Below are positions 1-10,184 of a stretch of 64,000 nt of DNA, in pieces; the stretch's first letter is position 1, and the number at the start of each line of letters is the position of its first letter. Source of the stretch: Tolypothrix carrinoi HA7290-LM1 (GTDB lineage Bacteria > Cyanobacteriota > Cyanobacteriia > Cyanobacteriales > Nostocaceae). A program made the translations under genes and the position numbers. A model generated the notes under the pieces. That model had not been told where the DNA came from. It made no database searches and saw nothing but the letters and a program-made list of their open reading frames with translations. The stretch covers positions 40,469-104,468 of the forward strand of contig JAHHIK010000011.1 of NCBI GenBank assembly GCA_019358935.1. Direction: 5' to 3'.

Positions 1-532
1 CCACACCGTTGGGAATTACGGCAATATTTTCTTCTGGCACACCCATACGTGCTAGTAATTCTCGCTGAATTTGAGAAAATACAATCACGCGATCGTAGTT
101 ACCCAAAAAAGGCGCATAAAGTTGATACGCCAAAAGTTGTGTTCCTGATATCAGTTTTGCCCCTTTGCCAGCAAACGGTGTGTGAAAAGTGGCAACTAAG
201 GGCAAATTCAGTTCTTCACAGATTTCTGGCAGAACAAAGTCAAGCGGAGATAAAGTCAAAGAAGCATGAACTACATCCGGCTTGATACGTTTTAACGACT
301 GAGTTAAAACCTTGGTCGCTTTAAAAGTCGGAATTGTGTAAACCTGGGACTTGTAAATGAAGGGTAGCGGAACCTCTGGGCAATTGGGCCAGCTGTCGGC
401 TTGAGATTCTTCTTGGGCGAAGTGAAGGAAACTAACTTGATGTCCCCTGTCTAGCAAGGCATTTGTGATTTCCCGACTGTAGGTGACATTGCCGCAAAAG
501 GGTGATTTTTTTCCAATCCAGGCTATACGCAT
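1..532 (-). CDS. GT4 glycosyltransferase, 5' part (runs off the window); resembles cyanobacterial DGDG synthase DgdA
   Basis: Manual translation from ATG at 532: MRIAWIGKKSPFCGNVTYSREITNALLDRGHQVSFLHF...VVHASLTLSPLDF...ATFH...IPNGV, a GT-B fold N-terminus. Not in the ORF track because it is truncated. Confidence 0.75.
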   Translation of the reverse strand, partial: MRIAWIGKKSPFCGNVTYSREITNALLDRGHQVSFLHFAQEESQADSWPNCPEVPLPFIYKSQVYTIPTFKATKVLTQSLKRIKPDVVHASLTLSPLDFVLPEICEELNLPLVATFHTPFAGKGAKLISGTQLLAYQLYAPFLGNYDRVIVFSQIQRELLARMGVPEENIAVIPNGV

Positions 533-908
533 TCTTTATTAGCTATCAGGAAAGCGGGTTTGATCTATCAGCTAAATGTCCTTTCTTTTTCGTGTTTTGT
601 GCTGTTGTACTTGCTAGGTTTTTACTTATTAGAAAATCCCGCGATTACCCAATTCCCAGCGCAAAATTTGACGTTGCTCTACGAAAGTGCATTTTATGGA
701 TTTTTTACTTTACTTTTAAGTTGCTAATTCCTAATAAGTTCATAACAACTTACATAGATGCGATGTATCGCCTCTAGTTAATGTCAGGTTTATTCCCAGC
801 AAGTACCTGATAAATCATTATTGACTTCAGTTTAGCACGAAAACAAAAGCTTTCAGTAAATAATTGATAATGCCAGAAGAGTGAATAATAACTCCTTTTT
901 TTTGATAA

Positions 909-2522
909 CTACTCAGAGAAGTTATACCAGGTTAATATACTACCTGAAAAGACGATCGCCGCCAATCCCAAAAATACAGCTTGTAATCCAACGAATGTTT
1001 CTGCTACTCCTGCCAATGCCAAGGGTAAAGTAAGGGCAATATTAATCACATTGTTTTGCAGTCCAAAGACTTTACCACGCATTTCGGGTGGGGTTTCGCT
1101 TTGGATCGCTGTTTGCATGGGGATACCGACTAACGCTCCACACACACCCAACAGCGCTATTAATAAAAGGATAATCCATAACTGTGTTGTGAATATCGAC
1201 AAACCAATCAAGGATGCTGTCATACCCATACATCCAAATACACTTAATTGGGTATAAGAAAAGCGTTGACAAAATTGACCAAGAATGGTTGCCCCAAGAG
1301 CAATACCAACACCACCAGATGCGAGTAAAAAGCCGAATTGGGAGGCTTTTAAGTTGGGAATTATTTCTGCCATGCGAACCGCGAGAACAGTTAAGGCGGC
1401 AAAGACAGAAAATAAGATAATAAGTTGGATTAAAGCATTGCGAAGGCGATGATTTTCTCCTAGATACTTAAAACCATCACGCAGGTCAGCAAAAACGTGG
1501 GGGTATTCTGCTTGATTTGAGTGAGATTTTTCGTTAGTTGACAAAAGTAACAAAATTATGCTGGCGATCGCATAACTACCACCCACCAAAAGTTCTTTAC
1601 CCAATCCTCCGCTACCACCAACAATTAACTGCCAAACATGGTCAGCTAAAGCTAACAGCGGTTCCCCGACAGCAAACCCGACAATCACCGATGCCATCAT
1701 CGTTGTTGTATACAGCGAGTTAGCCGAGAGTAAATCTTGCTCTTTCACTACCAAAGGAATCGCTGCTTGTTCTGCTGGTGCAAAAAACTGCGTCAGTGTC
1801 GAAACCAAAAAAGTTACAACTAAAATCATGCAAAAACCAACTGGCAAAACTCCGATTGGCTTCCAATCATGAGTTAACCACAACAGCATTGGAATTGCCA
1901 AAACCAAAATACCGCGCCAAACATTCGTTGCTACTAGCACTGCCTTTTTTGACCAGCGGTCTACAAATACACCCGCAACAGAACCAAACAACACCGCAGG
2001 AATGGTAAAAGTCATCATCAGCGCTGATACCCAACCGCTAATACTTTGATCGCTTGCCTGAAACTGAGTATTTATCAAAGCAATCATCAGCACTAGATAT
2101 ACTTTATCTGCCAATTGGCAGAAGACTTGACCACCCCAAAGAGCTAAAAAATTAGGATTTTTGAATACAGGTAAAAAACCCTGTTCACCATCAGCTGATA
2201 CAGCTTCCTTATTATCTGGCGGTTCTTTGCCATTTGTAGAGGTTAATGGCTTATGCTCAGAAGCATCAATTTTGCCATTTTCAGCGGTTTTTTTTTCGCC
2301 ACCTTTTGTGAGATCGCTTTTTGGTATTTCCGAGTTTGACAAATTTTTCTCGTTTTGATAAACGTCTGGAGACATTTCTTGGCTATACAAGCGATCGCTT
2401 GTATTCGGTACAGCACTAAGATGTGGTGCTTGTGGTGATGAGTTGAGTGTCCTATTATGTTTTTTGCCGTGACTGGGGGAGCGCGGCAAGATTTTTGGTT
2501 CTAAATCAGACGGTTGCATCAT
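909..2522 (-). CDS. MFS transporter
   Basis: Multiple TM helices, MFS motif A ([10 protein letters not shown]), C-terminal [10 protein letters not shown]. Start placed at ATG 2522. Confidence 0.9.
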   Translation of the reverse strand: MMQPSDLEPKILPRSPSHGKKHNRTLNSSPQAPHLSAVPNTSDRLYSQEMSPDVYQNEKNLSNSEIPKSDLTKGGEKKTAENGKIDASEHKPLTSTNGKEPPDNKEAVSADGEQGFLPVFKNPNFLALWGGQVFCQLADKVYLVLMIALINTQFQASDQSISGWVSALMMTFTIPAVLFGSVAGVFVDRWSKKAVLVATNVWRGILVLAIPMLLWLTHDWKPIGVLPVGFCMILVVTFLVSTLTQFFAPAEQAAIPLVVKEQDLLSANSLYTTTMMASVIVGFAVGEPLLALADHVWQLIVGGSGGLGKELLVGGSYAIASIILLLLSTNEKSHSNQAEYPHVFADLRDGFKYLGENHRLRNALIQLIILFSVFAALTVLAVRMAEIIPNLKASQFGFLLASGGVGIALGATILGQFCQRFSYTQLSVFGCMGMTASLIGLSIFTTQLWIILLLIALLGVCGALVGIPMQTAIQSETPPEMRGKVFGLQNNVINIALTLPLALAGVAETFVGLQAVFLGLAAIVFSGSILTWYNFSE

Positions 2523-3510
2523 AGTTGGCAGCAAAATAAGAATCGATCAACGCAGCGGAGCGAATAGGACGACCTAAATGATATTGAGCATATAAGCGCA
2601 AAATTTGCTCAACAGATAACCAGCCATCATTGGCAGCATCAATAGGCATTATCTCTGGTTGCGACAACTGCTGGAGCATAGCCAGTTCTGTCGCATTTAG
2701 TCGGCTAGAAAGCACTGGTATTTCTTGGCGATGGACAATGGTTTCGTAGGTTGAGGAGGATGGGGAAGACAAGGGAGAGGGGGGAGACAAGGGAGAGGGG
2801 GAGGACAAGGGAGAGATAGGAATTTGTTTCTTACCCCCTTGTCCCCCCTGTCTCCCTTGTCCCCCTTGTCCCCCTTGTCCCCCTCTCTCCCACTCCCCCC
2901 CTCTCCCTTTCTCCCCTTCTTTTCGCAAGCGCTCCAAAGCTTGTAAACTAACTGTTCCACCAGCAGAGACACTAAATCCTACCTGAGCCTTGGGGTCTGA
3001 AAAGTCTGGTATTAAGGGACTTTGAGTCAAGCAACAAACTTGCACTTGGGGGGTGAGTCCTGAATTCGCTAAAAGGTGAAATACAGCATGTGCCAGATGA
3101 GCGAAAATACTTTTTACTTGTGTGGTGGGTATCGCTTCCAACCTACCCAGATGTTCATTGAGTAACTCATACAATTCCTCTTGGGGTTGTTCGCTTAGAG
3201 CTTGACATAATACAATTTCTGCTAAATACTGACTAGCAGCTAGTTTTCCTAAGTCTTTACCAAGACCTGGATAAGTTTTTATAGTTTGCGCTTGTGTAAT
3301 TTTGTCAAGCGATCGCCCTTGGGCAATCAGTAGTTCATTGACAACAAACATCCCGCTCCTACCACCAAGGCTTGATTTGTGCTTGCGTGCCCCTGGAGCA
3401 ATTGCTCGAATCAAACCAAACTCTCGTGTCAAAATTGTCACTAGCCTATCGGCTTCGCCAAACGCCTGGGTTTTCAGATTAATCCCAGTTGCTTTATAAG
3501 TTCTACTCAT
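2506..3510 (-). CDS. recO: DNA repair protein RecO with an in-frame repeat-derived insertion
   Basis: N-terminal OB-fold [26 protein letters not shown]; conserved deoC-recO-MFS-GT order. Confidence 0.93.
   Translation of the reverse strand: MSRTYKATGINLKTQAFGEADRLVTILTREFGLIRAIAPGARKHKSSLGGRSGMFVVNELLIAQGRSLDKITQAQTIKTYPGLGKDLGKLAASQYLAEIVLCQALSEQPQEELYELLNEHLGRLEAIPTTQVKSIFAHLAHAVFHLLANSGLTPQVQVCCLTQSPLIPDFSDPKAQVGFSVSAGGTVSLQALERLRKEGEKGRGGEWERGGQGGQGGQGRQGGQGGKKQIPISPLSSPSPLSPPSPLSSPSSSTYETIVHRQEIPVLSSRLNATELAMLQQLSQPEIMPIDAANDGWLSVEQILRLYAQYHLGRPIRSAALIDSYFAANYDATV
2755..2921. repeat. STRR-type G/C-skewed tandem repeats inside recO
   Basis: GACAAGGGAGAGGGGG-like units followed by CCCCTTGTC units. 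Confidence 0.85.
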
Positions 3511-3559
3511 TAGTCATTGGTCAAAGTCGGTTAGTAGTTAGTGGTTAGTAGTTAGTGGT

Positions 3560-3604
3560 GAGGCAGCGCGGTCATGTTCGTTACCCCCATGAGCGACTGC
3601 CTCT
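3560..3604 (+). repeat. 45-nt dispersed structured element (single copy) within TAGTAGT repeats
   Basis: GAGGCAGCGCGG...ATGAGCGACTGCC; same family as 23280-23414 and 55645-55779. Confidence 0.7.
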
Positions 3605-3687
3605 CCCGTTGGGTTAGTAGTTAGTAGTGAAGAAAATCGACTAACTACTAACAATTCCCCGACTAACAAAAAACAAATAACTACTCT

Positions 3688-4362
3688 CTATGATTCCAGG
3701 GTATCGCGCTGGCGGATCAAATCGATACCGCGAGAAGTGCCTAATCTAGTCGCACCCGCTACAATTAAGTCTAAAGCTTGCGAGGCGGTACGAATTCCTC
3801 CTGAAGCTTTAATTCCCACTCTTTCTCGTGCCACTTCTTTCAAAAGTCGTACATCTGCCACTGTCGCACCACCATTCCAGCCTGTACAGGTTTTGAGAAA
3901 TGCTGCCCCTGCATCCATAGCTATTTCTGCTGCCACGCTTTTCTCCGTATCCGTCAGCAGATTAGTTTCCAATATTACCTTTACTTGTTGCCCAGCGGCT
4001 TCGCAAATTTCGGCAATTTCCCGATGTATTTCCTCAGTTTTGCCAGCTTTCAACCAGCCCAAATTAATTACCACATCCAATTCAGCAGCACCATTTTCTA
4101 GTGCTTCTTGAGCTTCAAACAGCTTGACGGCTGAAGTTGTAGCCCCAGTGGGAAAGCCAATCACCGTACAGACTTTAGGATTTTTGCCGTGGAGGAGTTC
4201 CGCCGCTTGCTTGACATGGACGGGGTAGACGCAAACCGCTGCAAAGCCAAATCTGTCTGCTTCTTCACACCATTGCTTAACGTGCTCGCTTGTAGCCGTG
4301 GGCATCAGCAGCGCATGATCGATGTATGGCGCAATATCAATGTCTGGATAATCTGCTGCCAT
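3688..4362 (-). CDS. deoC: Deoxyribose-phosphate aldolase
   Basis: [48 protein letters not shown] motifs. Confidence 0.96.
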   Translation of the reverse strand: MAADYPDIDIAPYIDHALLMPTATSEHVKQWCEEADRFGFAAVCVYPVHVKQAAELLHGKNPKVCTVIGFPTGATTSAVKLFEAQEALENGAAELDVVINLGWLKAGKTEEIHREIAEICEAAGQQVKVILETNLLTDTEKSVAAEIAMDAGAAFLKTCTGWNGGATVADVRLLKEVARERVGIKASGGIRTASQALDLIVAGATRLGTSRGIDLIRQRDTLES

Positions 4363-4506
4363 TGTTACTTTTACCAGTAATTGATTATTAAACTTTATTT
4401 AGAATCTTAAAGACATTTTTATTAAATTAAACCATAATTCGTGACATTTTTCTTGAGTATGTGACAGCTGATTGAGTGTTGAGGGTAGTTTCGCTCTCTA
4501 TTACCC

Positions 4507-5751
4507 TTAGTGTTTAAGTTGACATTCGGCACTCGTCAGGGTAAGAAAATGAAAAGCATTGCGATCGCTGCAAAGCGTGCCGTAGCGATCGCCCCCGAAT
4601 CGAGCATCGCCTGTTGCTAAAAAGTCAAGGATAGTTTGCGCTAACTTTTTTGCAGCTAGATATGGTACACCATTACCAATAGTTTTAAACATATTCGTCA
4701 ACGTCATATTCTCTGGAAGCACAAAATTTGCGGGTAAAGATTGTATCGCTAAAGCTTCCGCTACAGAAATTCTTCTAACTTTGTAGGGATGCAAATGTAC
4801 TTCATTATTGCCATAACAAGCTGTGGGAGAATAACGCCATCGGTGAAGACGCTTATAAGACTTTTTGGAATCATCTCCTTCATCAACAACAGCAAATTTT
4901 TTTATACCAGCCCTAGGTTGAAAATAGTGTTTTGAATTGGCATGATTTAATACATCATTTTTTCTAAACCAGTATTCAACAGTTAGTTCCTGAAGAATCC
5001 CATCAGGAGATGACAGTATAGAATCTTCTTTGAATAATTCACGCATCCCCCAAGGGTAAGAAAAGACTTTATCTTGAGGATATAAAATATGCTTTTTCCA
5101 AGGAAAAGTACCTTCAGGAAGAATATTTTCACTCGGAAGTATTATTCCCATATCTTGAATAAGCTTTTTTTGAAAGCCAATAAGAATAATTCTTTCTCTA
5201 TCTTGAGGTACACCATATTCAATCGCATTAATTAACCGCTCTGTTAATACATAACCAGCTTGCTGCAATTGTTGTTTCAGCGCTTCAAAAAATAAACGGT
5301 GTTTTGTCGTCTTCCACAATCCCTTGACGTTTTCAAATAAAAAGAAATCAGGTTGCTGTTGGCAAATTAATTCAACATAGGAAGCCGAAAGTTTACCATT
5401 ATCTCCCAAGCGTCCTTTGTTCTTACCACCAACAGAAAAATCAGGACAAGGAGGACCACCAATAAAACCAATTATATTATTAGATTTGCGGCAATCTTGT
5501 ACTAACTCTCGCAGACGTTGTGCTGGTAAACCTTCAATAAGTTTGGTTACGTCGGCTTCTTCCCCATAATGATATCCGTATTTCGGTAATGGCAGATTGA
5601 GAGCCTGCCGTGAATAACGATATGCTGTCATGAAAGGGGAAAAAAGTTCATTTACATAAACGATATTAAAACCGTTGGTTTCAAAACCTAAATCAAGGAA
5701 ACCAGAGCCGGCAAAAAAGGAAAAGATGGAAGGGCGATCGCTTGTCATCAC
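4507..5751 (-). CDS. C5 DNA cytosine methyltransferase, orphan (resembles the M.Cfr10I/RCCGGY group)
   Basis: Motif I FAGSG, IV GGPPCPDFS, VI ENVKG, VIII QDRER, X IGNGV. Specificity is recalled from the RLHRWRYSPT.YGNNEVHLHP segment and is unverified. Confidence 0.9.
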   Translation of the reverse strand: MMTSDRPSIFSFFAGSGFLDLGFETNGFNIVYVNELFSPFMTAYRYSRQALNLPLPKYGYHYGEEADVTKLIEGLPAQRLRELVQDCRKSNNIIGFIGGPPCPDFSVGGKNKGRLGDNGKLSASYVELICQQQPDFFLFENVKGLWKTTKHRLFFEALKQQLQQAGYVLTERLINAIEYGVPQDRERIILIGFQKKLIQDMGIILPSENILPEGTFPWKKHILYPQDKVFSYPWGMRELFKEDSILSSPDGILQELTVEYWFRKNDVLNHANSKHYFQPRAGIKKFAVVDEGDDSKKSYKRLHRWRYSPTACYGNNEVHLHPYKVRRISVAEALAIQSLPANFVLPENMTLTNMFKTIGNGVPYLAAKKLAQTILDFLATGDARFGGDRYGTLCSDRNAFHFLTLTSAECQLKH

Positions 5752-5877
5752 ATTAACGCTGCTTACTCTAAACTAAAGTATATTAGCGCCATATCCCGCT
5801 GCTAATTGCAAGTTTTATGCCGAAAGAAGATAAATTTGATTTATCACAAGCTAGCACCTCTGATATCCTCGGTTATG

Positions 5878-6309
5878 ATGACTTTCGAGCGTGAACTGAA
5901 AACACGGATTTCTCACGCTCAATTACGAGCGGCTGTTGCTGTCAACAAAGAGTTAGTATTACTTTACTGGCAAATTGGGCGAGATATTCTTCACAGACAG
6001 CAGCAGCAAGGATGGGGAGCAAAAGTAATCAACCGTCTTGCAACTGACTTGCAGCAAGCTTTTCCAGAAATCAAAGGTTTCTCACCAAAGACGGCTTCGG
6101 TTGCCCATCCCACGGCTGGGGTGGGAGGAATCGCCGTCCGCCGTCTTGGGCACAGTCTAATTCCGTATTCCTTAGAAGCACAAAAGCCAGTTTTTGATTG
6201 TACTAGTGCAGATGGTCTTCGGGGGGCACACATTAGTAGAGCCAGAGACTCAGTTGATTATTTTGAACCGATAGTAAAAAGGCTTCTGACCGTAATTAAT
6301 AATATCTAA
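5878..6309 (+). pseudogene. Chimeric relic: DUF1016/YhcG N-terminus fused to a ParA-like C-terminal fragment
   Basis: AAVAVNKELVLLYWQIG...WGAKVINRLATDL..FP..KGFS stops at ~6090. A GC-rich palindrome follows, then HSLIPYSLEAQKPVF...ADG..GAH. Confidence 0.65.
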
Positions 6310-6359
6310 AAATACATTGCTTTAATAAGTGTAGGGTAGGCAATGCCCACCCTACTCAA

Positions 6360-6447
6360 CTTTGCGCCTTTGCGCCTTTGCGTGAGATTACTCTTCCTAC
6401 CTTTTAATCACCAATAGCTTCAGCCTGTGCTTCTGGTAACAAACGCT
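6360..6447. repeat. Direct repeat copy A (88 bp), duplicate of the DUF697 gene 3' end at 7203-7290
   Basis: Hand alignment: 5 mismatches in 88 nt. Confidence 0.9.
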
Positions 6448-6494
6448 GCATATCCCAAGTCGATATTTAGAGCAATCTCACAAGGATTTGAACT

Positions 6495-6743
6495 ATGTCT
6501 GAACCATTCATTGACCTTGATGCAATTTTCAATCATGCTTTGCAGGAAACCGAAGATGGTATGAAACTTGGCTTTGATATTAGTGAACCTTGTCTTGTGA
6601 CACCGTTAGAATGGTACGCCAATAAATATCCAGAGATTGCGGAACGCTGCAATAAAGCTTTGTTAGAACTTATTGATAAGCAAGCAGCTACTACTCCTGA
6701 ATTAGTAGCTGCATACTCTGAAATTGATCTGGACGGATTTTAA
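6495..6743 (+). CDS. Hypothetical small acidic protein
   Basis: 82-aa ORF with ATG and upstream AAGGA; no family recognised. Confidence 0.6.
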   Translation: MSEPFIDLDAIFNHALQETEDGMKLGFDISEPCLVTPLEWYANKYPEIAERCNKALLELIDKQAATTPELVAAYSEIDLDGF

Positions 6744-6800
6744 AGGCAGCGGAGATATTGGAATAAATAAAAATAACCTAGTAGGTTAAAGAATTAAAAC

Positions 6801-7139
6801 TTATTTTGGCAAAATTTTCATGATATAGTCAATCATTTGTTTAACAGTTACGTACCCATTTAAAAAGTATCCTTCAGGAATTTTTATCCCGAATTCTTCT
6901 TCTATAGCTATCAAGAATTCAACTTGATCTATTTCATCTATACCTAGAGGATTTACTTTTGGATCAGTAGTGACACGACTAAAACCGCAAGAAATCCTCG
7001 CGTCAAATGGAGATATGAATTCCACAGGAAGAAAAATTGGTGTGTCTAAAGTGATACTCTCTTTCTCTGCTAATAATTGTTCTGCTATAACTTGCTGCAA
7101 TTTTGGGAAAATATCTAAAAAAGAATATTTATCAACCAT
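6801..7139 (-). CDS. Acyl-carrier-protein-like protein lacking the phosphopantetheine serine
   Basis: QQVIAEQL...LGIDEIDQVEFLIAIEEEFGIKIP...VTVKQMIDYI aligns with AcpP at 55264; DSL is replaced by DEI. Confidence 0.75.
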   Translation of the reverse strand: MVDKYSFLDIFPKLQQVIAEQLLAEKESITLDTPIFLPVEFISPFDARISCGFSRVTTDPKVNPLGIDEIDQVEFLIAIEEEFGIKIPEGYFLNGYVTVKQMIDYIMKILPK

Positions 7140-7202
7140 TTAATTTAATACGTTTTAAATAATTTACTTGATTAAGTCTCACGCAAAGACAAAGAAGAAA
7201 TC

Positions 7203-7290
7203 CTTTGCGTCTTTGCGGCTTTGCGTGAGATTATTCTTCCTACCTTTTAACCACTAATAGCTTCAGCCTGTGCTTCTGGTAACAAACGCT
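7203..7290. repeat. Direct repeat copy B (88 bp)
   Basis: Matches 6360-6447. Confidence 0.9.
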
Positions 7291-8668
7291 TCACACCTTG
7301 CTTAACAAACCCCTGCAAAAAACCAATTTGCTGATTTTGCACAAAGACATTTTGCAACGTTTGCCGCAATTTATCGAGATTCAAACCACCTTCAGAATTT
7401 AAGGCAATTTCCTGCTGCTCGAAATACTCGATTAAGCTTAAACCTGCTACTCTGGTAAGATAAGCTGCACTCACACCTTGCACGACACCACCAGCAACAA
7501 AGGTGACAGCATTACTCTTGAGGACAGTGCTAACAGCTTTCGTAGAAAGTTCTACCAAACCGAGTTTCAGCATCAAACTTCCCATTGCACCGGCTACAGT
7601 TTGCGCTTGTTCAAGGGAAAATTTCTGCTGATAAATACCACCCAAATCGATTACCATTTGGGCATTAATTGCCGCTGTTGCCAAAATATCCAACGCTGGT
7701 ACTGGGTTAGCGAATGCCGCAGCCGCAGCGATCCACTGATATTGTTCTATTATGGGAGTTGCGCGATCGCCTCTCACCTGATTCAACAACTTCTTCGCAT
7801 CAGCTTTCAGCAACTTCGCTTTTCTCATCGTAGTTGTCCACACCAGTTGTTGTTTTTGCTGTGCGACAATCTCATTTAACTGCTGCGTCAACTGCTGAAT
7901 GTCTGGTGCAGGTTGTTCCATCCATTCTTGCAGGGAACCGTCTTCTTGATGCTTCCGCACCTTGATGGGCAAAGGAGACACCGCTGTTGCAACTACATTC
8001 GTCTGCATCCGCTGTTTCAACGACAGTAACACGCTTGCGCGTTCGTCTGGTAAATACTGGTCTTGTTTGTTGAAAACCAGCATTGCAGGTTGATTTGCTG
8101 CCTTTAACTGCTGTAAACTTTTAAATTCTGAATCTGTCAAATCACCGTTTGTCAAAAACAGAACAAAATCAGATTGATTAACTTCTGAAGTAGCAGTATC
8201 TGACTTTTCACTTGCTTCTACAAACAAAGGTGCTGTTTCGTTGAATTGTACAGATGCGAAATTTTTCCGTAGAACTTGAATTAAGGTGGTTTTACCTACC
8301 GACTTTCCACCAGTAACAGCTAGTTTAATTTCTTGTCTATCTAATTCAAAGAATAATTGATTAACTTGTTCTCGCAGCGTTTTTAAAGCTGGATGGTTTT
8401 CAGCTTCACCTGCAAGTTGGTTAATTACGACTTCAGTAAGTGCGATCGCTTCTTCTACTCTAGCCCGATTTACAGGCATTCCATCAAAGATATCAGAAGC
8501 ATTTTTGCCGCGATTTGGCTTAAATAACCACAAACCACCACCAACTGCTACGAGACTCAATAAACCAAACTCTCCCACCTGCACCATTGAATGGTGCATA
8601 TTTTGCAAAATCCATAGAGAAAAGGACAGTCCCAATCCTCCCACTAAAATCGGTCGCTGCAACTTCAC
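7247..8668 (-). CDS. GTP-binding DUF697/YcjF-family protein
   Basis: P-loop GGKSVGKTT, G4 NKQD, C-terminal AAAAAFANPVPALD. GTG start assumed at 8668. Confidence 0.85.
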   Translation of the reverse strand: MKLQRPILVGGLGLSFSLWILQNMHHSMVQVGEFGLLSLVAVGGGLWLFKPNRGKNASDIFDGMPVNRARVEEAIALTEVVINQLAGEAENHPALKTLREQVNQLFFELDRQEIKLAVTGGKSVGKTTLIQVLRKNFASVQFNETAPLFVEASEKSDTATSEVNQSDFVLFLTNGDLTDSEFKSLQQLKAANQPAMLVFNKQDQYLPDERASVLLSLKQRMQTNVVATAVSPLPIKVRKHQEDGSLQEWMEQPAPDIQQLTQQLNEIVAQQKQQLVWTTTMRKAKLLKADAKKLLNQVRGDRATPIIEQYQWIAAAAAFANPVPALDILATAAINAQMVIDLGGIYQQKFSLEQAQTVAGAMGSLMLKLGLVELSTKAVSTVLKSNAVTFVAGGVVQGVSAAYLTRVAGLSLIEYFEQQEIALNSEGGLNLDKLRQTLQNVFVQNQQIGFLQGFVKQGVKRLLPEAQAEAISG

Positions 8669-8880
8669 AACTATGATTCTCCGCGCTTTTTCGATCCCTT
8701 CTCCTCCAGAATAGATCAAAAATTCCCTTGGACAAATTCCACAGGCAACTCCAGACAATCTTCTTTACTTACAAACGGCAGTAAAATTAACTCCCAAGTG
8801 TTGTGATACCGGGCTAAACGTGGTTTACCTGCCGCTTGTCAGTCTCAACAAAGTGTATTTTGGTATCATAGCTTATGAAC
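8640..8880. repeat. Direct repeat copy 1 (~241 bp): DUF697 5' end plus degenerate endonuclease 3' end
   Basis: Matches 10658-10899; near-identical for the first ~157 nt, diverged with an indel afterwards. Confidence 0.92.
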
Positions 8881-8883
8881 CAT

Positions 8884-8973
8884 AGGACTTACGCAACAAG
8901 GACTTGAAAGCGTTATACCGTAGCGATAATTCATGAATTATCGCTACTTGAGTTATGTTTTGCGCTCATTCCT
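8884..8973. mobile_element. MITE-like element with internal GTAG...CTAC palindrome
   Basis: Ends AGGACTTACGCA / TGCGCTCATTCCT; perfect 28-nt palindrome at 8920-8947; inverted sister copy at 16859-16953. Confidence 0.65.
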
Positions 8974-9080
8974 GAACCAATACGGTTCAGTTAAAACTCA
9001 AATTTAGGTAAATAAAGTATTGTTGCCAAAAATGATAATTGAGTGTCGTGTATCTCAGGGATTTATAGCCGCTCCAAAAG

Positions 9081-9989
9081 GTGAGAGTCATGTCAAAGAC
9101 AGAGCATGAATGCTGCGCTATAGAAAAGGCAATCTTAAAAAGCTTTAATCGTCAATCTCTACTCTCCAACGACAATTTGCTTTGGAGCGGTATCCGCTTC
9201 CAGTTCACTCATAGCAACAGCGCAAGTGCATTGCCAGAGGAGATTATCTTTCCAGAAAATGCGATTCATATTTATACAGAAATGCCGTCTGATTATGTTA
9301 TTGAAGCGCGAATTAATGGACGATCGCAAAAAAGCTCGCTTGTCACGGGTCATAGTCTCATCATTCCACGCGGCACTGCTTATTGGCAATCAGACAACCA
9401 CAAAAGCAAAGGCATTACTTTAGGTTTGAATTCCAGCTTTCTTGCCCGCACTCTCTCTGAATCGATTGACTTAGATTGTCTGGAACTGCAACCGCAATTT
9501 CCGACGTTTGACCCCCTCATTTATCAAATTGGGCTAGCGCTAAAAGCTGAATTAGAACAGAATCGGTATTCTAGCCGCTTATATGCAGAATCTGCCGCGA
9601 CGTTTCTCGTCACCCATCTTTTCCACCATTACGCTTGTCGCTTGACAAAAGAGCAAATCACAACAAGTGGCTTGCCTAAGTACAAATTACAACAAGTCAT
9701 TGATTACATTCATGCCAACCTTGACTGTGATATTGGCTTGACTGAATTGGCTGACTTGGCTTTGATGAGTCTCTCCCACTTCTCTCGATTATTCAAACAA
9801 TCAACGGGATACTCACCCCATCAGTTTGTCATCAAGTGCCGCGTCGAGCAAGCTCGTGAACTCCTCCTCAAAAGTGATTTGTCGATCGCGGATATCAGTT
9901 ATCAAGTCGGCTTTGCCAATCAGGGGCATTTAACCAATCATTTTAAGCGTCTGCTAGGAGTCACGCCTAAAGTCGTTCGAGAAAAATAG
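9081..9989 (+). CDS. AraC-family transcriptional regulator
   Basis: C-terminal double HTH: LADLALMSLSHFSRLFKQSTG...IADISYQVGFANQGHLTNHFKR. Confidence 0.93.
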   Translation: MRVMSKTEHECCAIEKAILKSFNRQSLLSNDNLLWSGIRFQFTHSNSASALPEEIIFPENAIHIYTEMPSDYVIEARINGRSQKSSLVTGHSLIIPRGTAYWQSDNHKSKGITLGLNSSFLARTLSESIDLDCLELQPQFPTFDPLIYQIGLALKAELEQNRYSSRLYAESAATFLVTHLFHHYACRLTKEQITTSGLPKYKLQQVIDYIHANLDCDIGLTELADLALMSLSHFSRLFKQSTGYSPHQFVIKCRVEQARELLLKSDLSIADISYQVGFANQGHLTNHFKRLLGVTPKVVREK

Positions 9990-10184
9990 CAGAAACGTGT
10001 AAAAAAAGTCAAAACTTGTAAGATTAACTAAGAGTGCGATCGCTACTTTAGAAATCAGGATGCGCTGCAAGTGTCATTTGCTAGGCTGGATACTTTTATC
10101 CACCCTACAAGTTAAAAATTATAGCAGATTGCAACTGCGTCCTAGAAGTAACAAAACTTAGAGCTTCCAAGGAAAGATATTCTT

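Noticed and set aside
502..777. Short ORFs antisense to or overlapping real genes (e.g. 49-285, 502-777, 3737-4111, 7478-7879)
   Set aside because: No recognisable motifs; shadows of genes on the opposite strand or AT-rich intergenic sequence.
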